Positions 21,632 to 34,104 of a stretch of DNA of 64,000 nucleotides are shown here, in pieces. Within the stretch, counting starts at the first letter, position 1; each line of letters starts with the position of its first letter. The stretch lies in the NCBI GenBank assembly GCA_050575255.1, contig JBNZDD010013634.1, positions 1,469,269 through 1,533,268 of the forward strand. The letters run 5' to 3'. The position numbers and the translations under genes were made by a program. Under the pieces are notes generated by a model that saw nothing but the letters and a program-made list of their open reading frames with translations, made no database searches and was not told the DNA's origin. Source of the DNA: Harriotta raleighana. Taxonomy: Eukaryota.

Positions 21632-24419
21632 GGAATCATGTATGAAGTCATGTGTGATTGACTGAATTAAAAGCCTCAAGAAATTCCAAGACAATATGTA
21701 CCAAAGGCCTCTTGAGTTTTTAGGTGGAGCTGTAATGGCACGGGCTGAATGGCTGCATTTCTTGGAGTCATTTCTGATTTGGGCTGCTTTCTGTGTTATC
21801 CACCATTTGTCAACATGGCTGCGTGTTACGATGTGATACACTAAACCTAAATCACTAGAGCAGGGCTCCTAATTCAATACGAATCCCCAAGGTACCAGCT
21901 TGCGTTTTACACTCTGACATCTAATGGGTTTTGTATTACATCAATAACATTCAGAAGTTTGACGTCCTAAATTTATACCTCACGTTTCACTACCAGAACT
22001 GTTATCCTTCTCTCCCCCAACTTGGTAAATGGAGTACTTTACTAGGCTCCTGACCTATGATATGACAAATTGATCTGATTGTTTTGAGGAGCACAGCTGA
22101 CATTGATGGCAACAAATGAGTGGTGGGAGGAGAAGGGAGAAAGCACTAATGGACTAAACAGTAGCATTGTAGTCAGATTGTGCTGCAGGATATTAGACGG
22201 AGCTATTTCCTTAACGTTTGAATTGTTGACTTTTGGTCTTTGCTATTGTCGTCTACTTGATGAATCAGCTGCTCATTGTGGCTAACCTCTCAGGGAAAGA
22301 GATTACCTCTTGTTCTCTGACTCGGGACGGGAGCCACGTCAATGTGGATATTCCCTTTTATCAGTTTACCGTTGGACCCCATCGACGGTTGTTGAGATAC
22401 TGAGCGACACGTTTGGATCAGTGAATCTAAATGCGCACTTGCCTGCCACCGGGCAGTATCCTCACACAGTTCATGCTTAACTACCTCAAACTCTGTTTTC
22501 TAATCCATTTAAAGCCGGAGGTACATTAAGCCATCCGATGGCAACTTACTTACAGCTACTCATGCTTAATACTTAATACCAGAAATGAGCCACTTGACTC
22601 ATGTAAATTGGCATGGCTTATAGCGCTTGAATGGCAACTACACAAAGACTTGATTTTAACCGTGTTTCAATGACTGAATTAGACGTTCTAGCCTAAGAAT
22701 ACTCCAAATGGAAAATATTAATCATTGAGCAAAGAAGGCAAATGCCTGTAAGATCACAAGAAATGTTTCACTGATGAAGGTACTTTAGCTCATTTGATTT
22801 CATCCTAGTAGATTGCCAATCCAGGCAACTACCTGTTACAATATCGAACTGTTTTACATGCGTTCAGGCCTCAACTAGCAGCTTATTACCCTTTTATAAA
22901 GTAATACCTCCTGTTATTTGTCCTAAAATTGTCCTTCCCTCGGTGTATCTGAAAATAATCTTGTGTTCAATTATCCTGTTGACCAGCTTGTAGCTTATAC
23001 TGCTTTAGAGTCCCGTGAGATTGTCTATCATTCCCATCTCCACAAATGATTCTTTCAGGTCCATGTCCTTTGAGAGCCTATAGAGGACGACACCTTGCTC
23101 GTTTCAGTTGCCGCATTATTGAGATGATTAGAGATGAAGAGCCCACCCAGCTTCTGGAGAAACTCTTCCTCTACACATGCAGAGCATGCACAAGGAATTT
23201 GTTGCTTGACTGACTTAGAAACATGCACATCGCCTTGGAATGTTTCAATGTGATTTCAGTCAGATGCAATTTCGGTTGGATGGAGTCGACAGAATTAATT
23301 TTCTCGTACTACACAGGAATTATTTCTGTCCTTGTAAAATTTGATGTAGCCATTTGACCCGATCATTTTCTTTCTAATTATTTCATTGTCCAGTGCTGTT
23401 TTGTTCCCTCGCAATGTTCGATTCTCTTTTTAAAATTTCATATTCAGGAGAGTAGCCTGTAGCACATTACCTGTTGACCCTTCTTTGTGCAGCTGCTGCA
23501 ATTTCTGGGATTTTCTGTAAAGCATGATGGTAGTTTATCCTTTGGATCCTATTGTATTTGATATATTTGTGTACAGATTGCCTTGGGTCATGCGAGACGA
23601 AGCACATACATGATTTTCCCAGTGCCTTTGGGATGTCCTTCCGATGTTAAACACTCTGTACAAATTTAATTTGTTGTTGTTGTCGATTCTCCTCTCACCT
23701 CCTCCCCACCACCACCCTCCCACACCCACTATCCAACAAAATAAATAAAGTTGCCATTGCAAACTTTTGGCCCTTCTGGCATTTTGGCAGAGTGTACCTG
23801 GTTGAGTTTCATACACCTGCAAACCAACAACAACAACTTGGATTTATATAGCGCCCTCCACGTCTCAGAGTGCTTCACTGGGGAGGTGACCCTGGATGGA
23901 TGGATGGTGCATCATAAAATCATGGGTCTTTTCGAAAGCATCAATCCTTGCACAGTCATCTGACAACTGGAAATCATATAGCCTTTTGCAACAGTTTTCC
24001 ATTAACAGTTTTATTTTTAATAATACAGTAGTTCCTATTAGTTTGTCTGAATCCAGGCTGACAGTCCAATACAGTACTGGGGGAGTGAGGAATTGTTGAA
24101 GGTGAATGAGAGCGGTTTTAAATTTGATTCAAAATATCCTGGGTGTTTTTGTGCAGGGTCTCAGGTTCATTGCAATATAAGAGTTCAAAATGTCAGCAAT
24201 ATGATCCACTCTCATCCCTCTTAAATGCATGCTCTCTAATTTCCTGGGTTTTACTTTTTAAGGAAAAATACCATCAGAGAGCCTTGCAAGTAACACATCA
24301 GCAAATCAGGGAGAATGTGATACTTGTATATACTACACCAAATAAGCAAAAATGTAAGAAACAGGATGAGAGTGAATCTTATTGCTGTTTATTTTAGCCT
24401 AACTAACCAACAAAGCAGA

Positions 24420-25780
24420 AAGCATGTAATGAAAACTCCAGTGAATCAGAGAGCATATAATTAAGAAGGGCGAATGAGGGTGGATATTAATTTGGAATTT
24501 TTCAACTATTCTGTTTTCCCATCTTAATTGTGTGCTGCCTGATACACTGGAACATCAATTAGGTGCTTTTTGATTCTGCTGGCATCTTAGGTTAGTAATG
24601 TAATAAGAGCAACTTGAATTTATATTACACTCTTCCTGTAGGGTAATGTCTCTGACTACTTCATGAAAACAGGGTCAGATGTCTGCAACAAGACATCTAA
24701 TACAGTACTGGGAGGATGGGGTGCAGGGTAAGGTGATCACAGGTACGGTTGAAGAGATTTTTAATTAGGATTTAAAGACAGATGGCAGAGGGGCGAGTCT
24801 GAGGTTTAGAGGGAGGACGTTCCAGAGTTTACGCATGTAGTTGCTGAAGGCTTGCCCACTGATGGTGGTTGGGGAGGGCGGGGCGGAGTCTGAGTGAATG
24901 TGCAAGCAGAAGAGTGGGTAAGATCATAAAGATAGAGAGATGTTAGGGCATGAAGGGATTGATAGGAGAGGGTGAGGACCTTGAAATCAATTATATAAAA
25001 AAACTACTGGAGCCTTAATCTAGATCTTAAAGGTGGTGAAACTAAGGAGTCTGGTGATGAGTATATAGGAAAGTCAAATCGGATGGTACCAAAGGTGTAA
25101 ATGAGAGCTTCGGTGGTATTAGATGTGAGATAGGGTGGAGGTAACATGCTGGTTATTCATAAAGCTGGTAATTAACACTCTGTCCAATGATTGACAAAAT
25201 ACTATACTCTGAAACCATCAACAATATGGCAGTGAGTCGCAGACTACCTGAAACCCCAGTGAATCAGAGTACAGTTAAGAAATGGATCCTGTCCTTGGTC
25301 ATCTTATACCTGGTAGAGCAGAGAGTATGTAAGTTATGATTGGGTGATCCCTAAAGGTGTAGCAAAACACAGAGCAGGTCTTCAATCGCACCATTAATCT
25401 GTCAGCTCCATTCTCTGATTCACTGCCATGTTCGTTAACTGCTCTCCGATTGGGCAAAGAATATTTTTATTTACCTGGTCTCTGATTGACGGGAATGTTA
25501 TTGATGTGCTCTGATTGGCTGCGGAGTTTTAATAGTATTATTTCTGATTGGCTAGAATGTTGTTTACAATCACCCTGCAGAAAGTAGCAGTGAAAACATA
25601 AAATATGTAATTAAACCCTCCCTGAATCAGAGAATGTAATTTATAGTCCAGTGAATCAGAGACCATATAATTAAGAAGGGGTAATAGAGTAGATATTACT
25701 GCTGGTATATTTTTAACCTGCACCTCCAGTGAATCAGAGACCATGTAATTAAAACTCTAGTGATTCACAAAGCACGTAGT
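24420..25780. repeat. Degenerate array of about 30-bp units (CCAGTGAATCAGAGA(C/G)CATRTAATTAAAACT) in direct and inverted blocks
   Basis: Direct copies at about 24436, 25255, 25622, 25648, 25724 and 25756; inverted copies (CTCTGATTSRC) at about 25412, 25445, 25480, 25509 and 25543. Confidence 0.75.
24600..25145 (-). mobile_element. Decayed L2 LINE 3' fragment
   Basis: Tail-like AACTTGAATTTATAT at left; GA-rich reverse L2 motifs GTTCCAGAG..CTGAAGGC..GGTGAGGACCTTGAAATCAAT. Confidence 0.6.
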
Positions 25781-25997
25781 TTATTGTGCACTGATGAATT
25801 ATCTGGATGGGTATTTTCAGTCATTCGGATTTGTGGAATTTTGGCCTAAGTTTAGTTGGCCTAAGTTAACCCAGTTGCTCTGTTGACTTGACCAAGTGGA
25901 AACGCATGCTTTGATCAACCCCTACACTCTCTGCCCTCCACCCCTCCTGATTCCAACCTCCTGCTTGAGTCCAAATCCCTGACTGTCCAGTACCTTA

Positions 25998-26180
25998 AAT
26001 AATAATAATAATCCTTGCTTTTGATATAGTGCTTTTCACATCTTATCGACGTCTCAACACGCTTCACAGAATATACTGTAAAGCGAATTGACTATATCTG
26101 TGAGCGAAATGCAGTAGCCAATTGCACACAGCAGTGTTCCACAAACTGTAATGGTTTGAAAATGACTAATTTTTATTATT
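25998..26180 (-). mobile_element. SINE 3' half
   Basis: (AAT)n CCTTGC..GCTTCACAGAATATACTGTAAAGCGAATTGAC..GCCAATTGCACACAGCAGTG. Confidence 0.8.
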
Positions 26181-27039
26181 GTGGTTTTAGGACCTTAGGA
26201 CTACCTTGAGTCATGAAAGGCACTTCACAAATGTCATTTGTTGTTTGGTGATGTAAGTTGCTTTGTGGCTGTTTTATTTTAGTATTAATTAGCAACTGAT
26301 ATAAAATAACATGATTCGGAGGCAGAATCCATGAGCTAAGTTGGTGGGAAGAGGTAAAGAAAAGGCAGCAAGCTTCAAATAACTTAGTTAAAAGTTACAG
26401 GTAGATATAGAGGTAATGGGCAAGATGAATTACAACAAGAAGAATTTATATTTATGTAGAGCCTTCCATGTTGGGTGGGTGTCTCAGAGTGCTTCAAACA
26501 GCTGACTGTAAAAAGCAATTTGTTATTGTTGTAATATATTACAGCCTTTATTTTGGTCCGCTGTGCTTTTGTTGAATTTTTTTTAATGACCACCCAGGAT
26601 GTCTCGAAACTTTGTGAGGCTTTACCAAATAAAATTCCTGGAATTATGTTTTTAAAAGAAACCCAACCTTAAATATTCATGTATGTTCAATTGAAAAGCA
26701 GACATTTCACCTGGATTTCATTATTCTCGACAAATTTAAACATTCTGGGATGATTATAGAAACAGAACACATCTGTGATCTTGATTTATTTTGTTGCTCC
26801 TCCAACTCTGCTCTCATCTCCTTTCTTGATTGCATTTGGCTTCTTTCTAGCTAGTTGCCTTCAGTAAGTTTAGGCTAAGGTCCCAGTGCCTCGGGACATC
26901 ATCTCGACGTGAAAGACGCTCTGTAAATGTAATTTTGTTCTTGTTAATTATTGTAATGCTTCACATGCAATTGGGCAGAAAAGCAGTAATAATTTGTACT
27001 ATTGTTATCCGTCAGCAGCCACGAAATGAATATCCAATT

Positions 27040-27175
27040 TGTTGATAGTAAGACAGGACACAAACTCTCTTTTCCAATAATATCATTGGATGTCTAGTGA
27101 ACAAGCAAATGGGACCTCAGTTTCATATGTCATCCAAAAGATGGTGCTGACAGTAGCGTCACCAGTACTTTATTG
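27040..27175 (-). mobile_element. Deu-domain SINE relic abutting CR1
   Basis: GGGACCTCAGTTTCATATGTCATCCAAAAGATGGTGCTGACAGTAGC..CAGTACT. Confidence 0.55.
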
Positions 27176-27795
27176 GAGGGGCATAGAGTTTAAGAGTAGG
27201 GAAGTAATGGTTAATTTATACAAAACACTGGTTAGGCCTCAGCTGGAGTACTGCGTCCAGTTCTGGGCACCTTACTTCAGGAAGGACATTAAGGCACTGG
27301 AAAGGGTGCAGAGGTGATTCACGAGAATGATTCCAGGAATGGGGAACCTTAGCTATGAGGACAGGCTGGAGAAGTTAGGACTTTTCCCATTAGAGCAGAG
27401 AAGGTTACGCAGGCACCTGATAGAGGTCTTCAAGATCATGAAAGGTTTCGACAGGCTAGATAAGGAAAAGCTGTTTCCACTGGTAGGTGTGTCTGTGACC
27501 CGTGGTCACAGTCTTAAGATATCTACCAAAAGAAGCAGAGGGGAGGTTAGAATAAATTTTTTCACTCAGCGAGTTGTTCGAATTTGCAATGATCTGCCCG
27601 AAAGGGTAGTGAGGTCCGATTCGATAGCAGCTTTTAAGAGAGAACTGGATAGGTATCTGAGGAGGACGGGTTTGCAGGGTTAGGGGGAGAAAGCTGGTGA
27701 TTGGGGTTAATGAAAGTGACATTGCTCTGTCAAAGCACAGACTCGATGGGCTGAATGGCCTCCTTCTGTGCCATAACCTTCCATGATTCTATGAT
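27170..27795 (+). mobile_element. CR1 LINE, 5'-truncated (ORF2 C-terminus and 3' UTR)
   Basis: Translates as [63 protein letters not shown] (one premature stop); tail GATGGGCTGAATGGCCTCCTTCTG..CCATGATTCTATGATT. Confidence 0.95.
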
Positions 27796-27814
27796 TGTTG
27801 ATGCAGACTATTTT

Positions 27815-28000
27815 AATAATAATAATCCTTACATTTTGATGTAGTGCTTTTCACATCTTCTAGACGTCTCAAAGCGCTTCACAGAATATACTGTAAAGTG
27901 AATTGACTGTATTTTTGTGGGCAAAACGCGGCAACCAATTACGCACAGTAGTGTCCCAGAAGCAGTCGTGGATTGAAATAACCAATTGTATTATTATGTT
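27815..28000 (-). mobile_element. SINE 3' half
   Basis: GACGTCTCAAAGCGCTTCACAGAATATACTGTAAAGTGAATTGAC. Confidence 0.85.
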
Positions 28001-28250
28001 TTTTTGGAGGGCTTATTTTGGAAGTGTCATACTGTTTGCTGCTAAGTGTAGTACTGCAAGAGACTTTGACAATGTTTTTTTTATCATTAAAGCCTATATA
28101 TCACCAGTACAACAAAAAAAAACATTTGTTTAGAGTTTTTCACATTGGGAGGACGTCCCAAGGCATTAGCTTCTTACGATAGGTAGTACAGTACAATGAA
28201 AATATAAAGCATATTGCAATTTGGAATAGTCAGCTGGACACCCAAGCTGT

Positions 28251-28319
28251 AGATGTGAAAAGCACTACATCAAAATGTAAGGATTATTATTATTAAAATA
28301 GTCTGCATCAACAATCATA
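28251..28319. repeat. 69-bp perfect inverted copy of 27790-27858
   Basis: AGATGTGAAAAGCACTAC...GTCTGCATCAACAATCATA is the exact reverse complement of 27790-27858. Confidence 0.95.
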
Positions 28320-31300
28320 TATTCATAATTGAATATAGCATCATATTGGCTCAGTGGTTAATACTGAAATACTATTCAAACTGTCGTCGCCTTTACCAAT
28401 TCATAACTGAAGCGCAATCTCATTTAACCCTAGGGATTTCAGCAGCCTTGATGTGTGTGTAGCTGGTGCTCCTGGAATGCATACTTTTGGTAAATTAAAA
28501 ACTAAATATGAACAAGTATAGGGAGAACAATCTCAATTATTTTGAAGGCATTAAATTTTTAGAAACACAGGGTCCACAAAAATGATAATTGCAATTCGGA
28601 GATTCACTTTGAGGAAAGCAAACATTAACTTGGCCTTATTTCATGCTGTGGCAAAAGCCAGGAAAATGGTAATAAAAGGGGAAACATTCCTTTTTTTGAT
28701 GGCTTTGATTATGAATCTAATGCTTGTGTTGCTGATGGCACATTAATCTGTTTGTGTCCTGAGGGGCTGGTGTTAATGTAATCTGAGCAATATATACAGA
28801 GAAGTGTTATTACCATAAGTTGAGTTTTTATCATAATCTCAATATTATGGGTTTATTACATTAAGATACAATATTGAAGCAATAATCCACCAAAAGTTTC
28901 AGACTTATTGCGTGTTTTAGTGAAGCAGAAAAACTGGCAGATTTTCATCTCCGCAATTTCAATAAACTGAATTCTTTTCATAGCTTGAAGCGGCTGAACA
29001 TGTTTCATCGCCTAATATTTTTAATAATACTTTATAAAACCATAAAGCTGACTGCAATATAGAAGAATAGGAATAAAAGATGAAACAAATAAAGCATTTT
29101 TTACTTTGTGCTCAAGCAACAGTAAATATTTTGAAGTAAATTACAAAAGAAACTCCTCCCCTCTCCCTCCTCATGTTTACAGCAACTCTGTTCAGACTTT
29201 CCCTGTTTCTTAGTTCTTTGAATCTGTTCTGTAAAGCCTTGCATGATGGGGAATCAGCCGTATTGACACCTTGGTCAGCTTTCAGGTCGTCGAGACGTCT
29301 TCATAGGACCTACTGTAAAATGGATCGACTGTATTTTGTGGGAAAAATATACCAGGCTACAACCATGTAATCAAAGGAAAGCATTTGCTCGAGAAGAGCA
29401 CTTCTTTAGAACAAAGACCAAGAAGATTGGATAGCATAGCAGCTCGTCATGTGACTGCCTCCCCACTCTGTGATGTATTCTGTGGAACTAAGAAATAGGG
29501 AAAGTCAGAACAAAAGAGCAATTGGTTTGCTTGCAAGCCAATTTTTTTCTCATATACCAACTTAAGACCACTATTAGAATGTCTCCACTAAAAATGTCAT
29601 TCGTTATACAGTTAGACTAAATGCTGATTATCTTTCCATTGATTTTTCTTCAGGTTGCCAGAAGACAAATGAAATCCAATTGAAAATAAACAACAACGAA
29701 AATTGTATTCTTTGCTGTGCACAATGGCTTGTCTTTTGCAGGATCCTGCTGGGCGCCATTGAGATAGCTGGTAGCTAGCAATCTACAGTGAGAGCCCCCG
29801 TCTCTCCAAAATGTCCCACTGAGACCAGTCCAGTACTTAACAGGCAAATTTAAATCTGCACGCTCTCATATTGAACATAGTGGTACTCGAAGAAGGTGTA
29901 TTAAACTGATTCTTTTTATGATAAGATAGAAACACACACAAATAAAACAATCCATTGATCTGTTATTCTCTCTCCTTCCTCCCCCCACAAAACAAAGAAC
30001 AATTTTACACTCAACTGAATTATTTACTTACATGCGCTCCAGATGTGAAGGGTGCTATATAAATGCAAGTTGTTGTAGGTGTCTGGATACATCTTGTTTC
30101 TTATATATAAATGTTTGGCAACATAGCTTTTTCTCTTGCTCTAAACAAAGTGTCAACATTTTGTGTTCAATGAAATGCTATTATTTGTATCACAATAGCT
30201 TGGCTCAGAAATTGGTATTGAAGGGAAGGAACAGGAAGATGGAGCAGTAGCCTATCCCTAGGGAGCCTGCTGTCACAGGTAGAGTAATTTCCCTATTGGT
30301 GGGAATCAGCTTGGGTACAAAGTTTGTAATCCACCTATTTATCCTCTAACAGGTTAAAGGAGCATTACATTTCCGAATTCCTTTCTTCTCTGAGCAGTGG
30401 AGTCTACCTCTGTCATCTGAACACCCAACAGGCAGATTAATATGGCATTATTAAGCAACGCAACATGTATACTGGAAACTCAGACCATCAGATTTACTGC
30501 AGGGTTGATCTGTAACATGGAATAATATATATATTTTTTGAACTGCTTAAATCAGTTAAGCCGCTATGAAGTTATGGTCTCTTAAAGCTGACTATTTGTG
30601 ACAAATCCTTTGGAGCAATCTGTAACTCTGTCATTAGAATAGGGAATGCTGCACTGTCAACTCCATCAGTGTCTCCTAGAGAATCATGAAGTGAATATTT
30701 CAGGTTTACTTTCATGCTGGGAGGCTGTAGTCTAGAGAGAGCAAGAGATTTTCAACATTTCTTCAGCTGCCATCTTTGTCAGTCTTGCATGTATTTAATT
30801 TTGGATTTTTTGCTGTGGCAGTAACTTAAGACTGCAGTTTATGTTTATTCTGTATTCCAGAACCTATTGGGATGCCGGGTTATAAAATAATGCTACAGCT
30901 AGGAGGTAAGAGAGGGTATTTTCTCTGGCTGGGGAATAGTAAGGATTTCAGTCCAAATCCCACACACAGTGCTGTCAAACATATGCAGGTATTCCTTGTT
31001 TGTTGGCACATGTCAGCGCTTTAGGATGTCCTCCCGACGTGAAAAGCGCTATACAAGTTTAATTTTGTTGTTGTTGTTAACTGTGTTTCCCCAGTATGTA
31101 AGGAGCCATAGACAAAGACGTTTCTTTCAAAGAGAATTGATATTATTTTGCCTTCTGCAGTGTTAACATCAGATGACTGGGCTTTTTGTGTGGCAGGTTT
31201 CTTGCGGGCATTGCTTGACCACATTTTTAAGGTTTGTGTCTCTGAAAAGCAACATTCTGATCCTCCAAAGACTTGCAAGTCTTTTGTTTCTCAGGAAGCA

Positions 31301-34060
31301 CAGTCTTTTTTAGGGCAAGGTGGTGTTTCTTTCTTTCAAACAAAGTTTGAGTACAAGAGAAGCAAACTGGAGGTTATATCACTTGTAATTGCTAAAATTA
31401 TGTCACCTAAATGTGTTTGTGAAGTCGTAACACTGATACCAGCAAACAAATTCACAGCGCACAACTAGGGAGAATTTTACAGCTTATTCAATTTTGCTTT
31501 CTATTTGGGGAAAGGGAAATTAATAAAAGGGAGACTTTTTAAAAATTAAATCCAGAGTTAGCAGTGTCACAGACACAAAGAACCTGGTTGATTGTACAGT
31601 AAAACACTATAGGGGTCTGTAACCTAATCGGTTAGTAGACACTATAAGGAGGACGAGTTTTGCCCCAAACTCTCATCCTGACATTAATGTCAGTTACAAA
31701 GTGGATGATTTGCTTCATCACTGGCACCTTCCAAAAGGAGAGGCACCCAGGAAACTGGCCAGAGATTAGCATAGTTATCTGGCTCTCTGCTCAGATCCTT
31801 GTAGCAAAGTCCAATAGACCAGGTAAATATGATGATATTCCTTTAAGAACACTAAGACACGCTGACCATGTTTTTGTTTGCAGAATGTAACAAAGGTTTC
31901 AGATTTTGGTGTATCAAGATATGGATTCAGTTACTAACTTTGAGTTCTTGGCACAAATTGTATGATTTGTTACTTTTAAAAACATTGAGTATTTGGTCTG
32001 CTATCGGCAATAGCTTGGAATAAAACACAGAACCTCAGCCTAGTAAAGCTCCGACAGTATCTCCCGCTGCTTAAAGCATCCCTGGAATCACCAGCAGGCT
32101 CCAGTTGCTTGGCTATTATATTCCGTGGGAAATGCCCTTATTTTGCTTCTTGCAGTGTCTGGAATCTTTCCAAGGAAATGAGTGCACACCCATAAAAAGA
32201 TAACGTATTTGTGGTGGTATTTGTACGCTGTGTTCCTAATTTGAGGTTGTAGGGATCATATCCCATAGCTGGGAATACAGTCAGGCTGGTGGTGGGCGTG
32301 TGGTGGGAGAGGGGAAAATAAAAGGCAGAATTATTTTGGTTTTATCCCAAGGTGCTGCTGGACCTCAGCAGTCCTAGGTCTATTCCATTGTAATTAATAG
32401 AATTTGCAGCCTTGTTCACACTTGCACTGCAGTGTACTAGTGTCATTGCATTAGCAGTACACTCGTACAATTCATATTCCAACCAATTTAAATTACTGTT
32501 TGAGGCTTGTCAGGTGTCAGGGAGACTGAGAGCAATGAAGCTGAGCGCTTGACATAGGCGTTCCAACTCAGAAGACACGTTGACTTTCTGCCAAGTGACA
32601 ATTGACAAGGTATCTGTCGAGATGTTGGAAACTGACCCCCACACTTCAACTGTGAGCCCAACTTTATCCCTAATCTCACAGCAATGTAATACAAGTGACC
32701 AATTTTGATTGTTGCTTTGTCAATATTGCAGTCACTAAAACACATGGAAAGGTAGTGCTGTCAATAACCATCGCCTTTTAGTGTGATCTGAAAGTACTCA
32801 CTCTCACGAAGCACGCTGTCTATTTGTTGATGGATGCATGTGTGATTGAGACTGATAACAGCCAAAATAAATCTCACATCAAAGAATGACGCGTTGTACA
32901 AAGTTGGATCAATAGACACTGACAAGTTCAAATGTAAAAGAACTTCAGCTGTGGCAAACCAACAAACTTGTCAATGTAATATTATTATTGACTGACACTT
33001 TTCACCCTTTGTTGGTACAATAACCAAACTCAAGTTCATACCTTTGAATAGATCACTAGTTTTACACGAGTGATTAACTCATTTTCAGGTATAGCATTGA
33101 TTCCTCATCAATGAAGATCAGACTCCATGTAATGTACCAAGGGAAAGATAAGGTAGATAACTAAGAATACACATAGTGTCTTCCTTTCCCCAACAAATTC
33201 AACCAGAAACAACATAATTCCTTCTCATCACCTGGAGCAAATTGTATTTATATGATGGCCTTCATGCATAGCAACGTCTGAGCACTTAACAGTGCTTCCC
33301 CCTCACTAGACATTCATACATGCACTTTCCAAGAGAGGTCACTGGATGGCGATCAGGAGTGGGTGGGAGGCCTGGTTGATTTTCTCTCCCTTGTTAGGGT
33401 CCTGAGCCCAACCAGCAACCTGGCTCAGGGCAGAGTAGGAACTCGATCACCTCAGTAGCAGGAGATTCCCTTTTTTTAAAAAAAAGCGCATTTTGAGGCC
33501 TGGTAGTGGGTTCATATGTCCAAATCCTCCTTGTTTACTGTACAAACTCCTGTCTTGTGCATTTCAAGGCAGCTCTTTACCACATATCTGTTGTGCCCAA
33601 TCTTAAAGCTATATAATCCATCTCTTCAATGACCTTCTCCACTTTGGGCTGATTTCACAAACTTAACTAACCTGCAATTTTTAATTTTTTTTTGCATTGG
33701 TTGATTTAGAGTCAGATTATTGGCAAATAGATTGCTGCAATAAAATATATAACATTCAACAGTAAAACAACTAGAGTGAAACCAAGATCAGAAATTTAAG
33801 CTAGTTTCAGTATAATGGACTTTGTTTTTCATTGTAATAATACACGACGATGGTAAAACTCATAAAAGGGGATTCAGCAACTGTAATTGAATTCAGTTCT
33901 GTTGTAAATAAGTAGCAGGTGCAGGTCCTGTGGAAACCCCTATGGAGTTCCATCATTCAGCCATTCACATCAGTTGAGTTAACCCTTCCTAGTTTCATAT
34001 TTCTGAATTTAAAAATCAATAAGTTTTCTCTTGAAGCCTGTGCACTGAAAATACTGGAGT

Positions 34061-34070
34061 TGTGTGTGTG

Positions 34071-34103
<33 letters not shown>
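34061..34103. repeat. Compound microsatellite (TG)5(TA)10(CA)6
   Basis: Read directly from the sequence. Confidence 0.95.

Positions 34104-34104
<1 letters not shown>

Noticed and set aside
27090-27683. ORFs of 75 and 118 aa as a host gene
   Set aside because: They are CR1 ORF2 C-terminal remnants split by a premature stop
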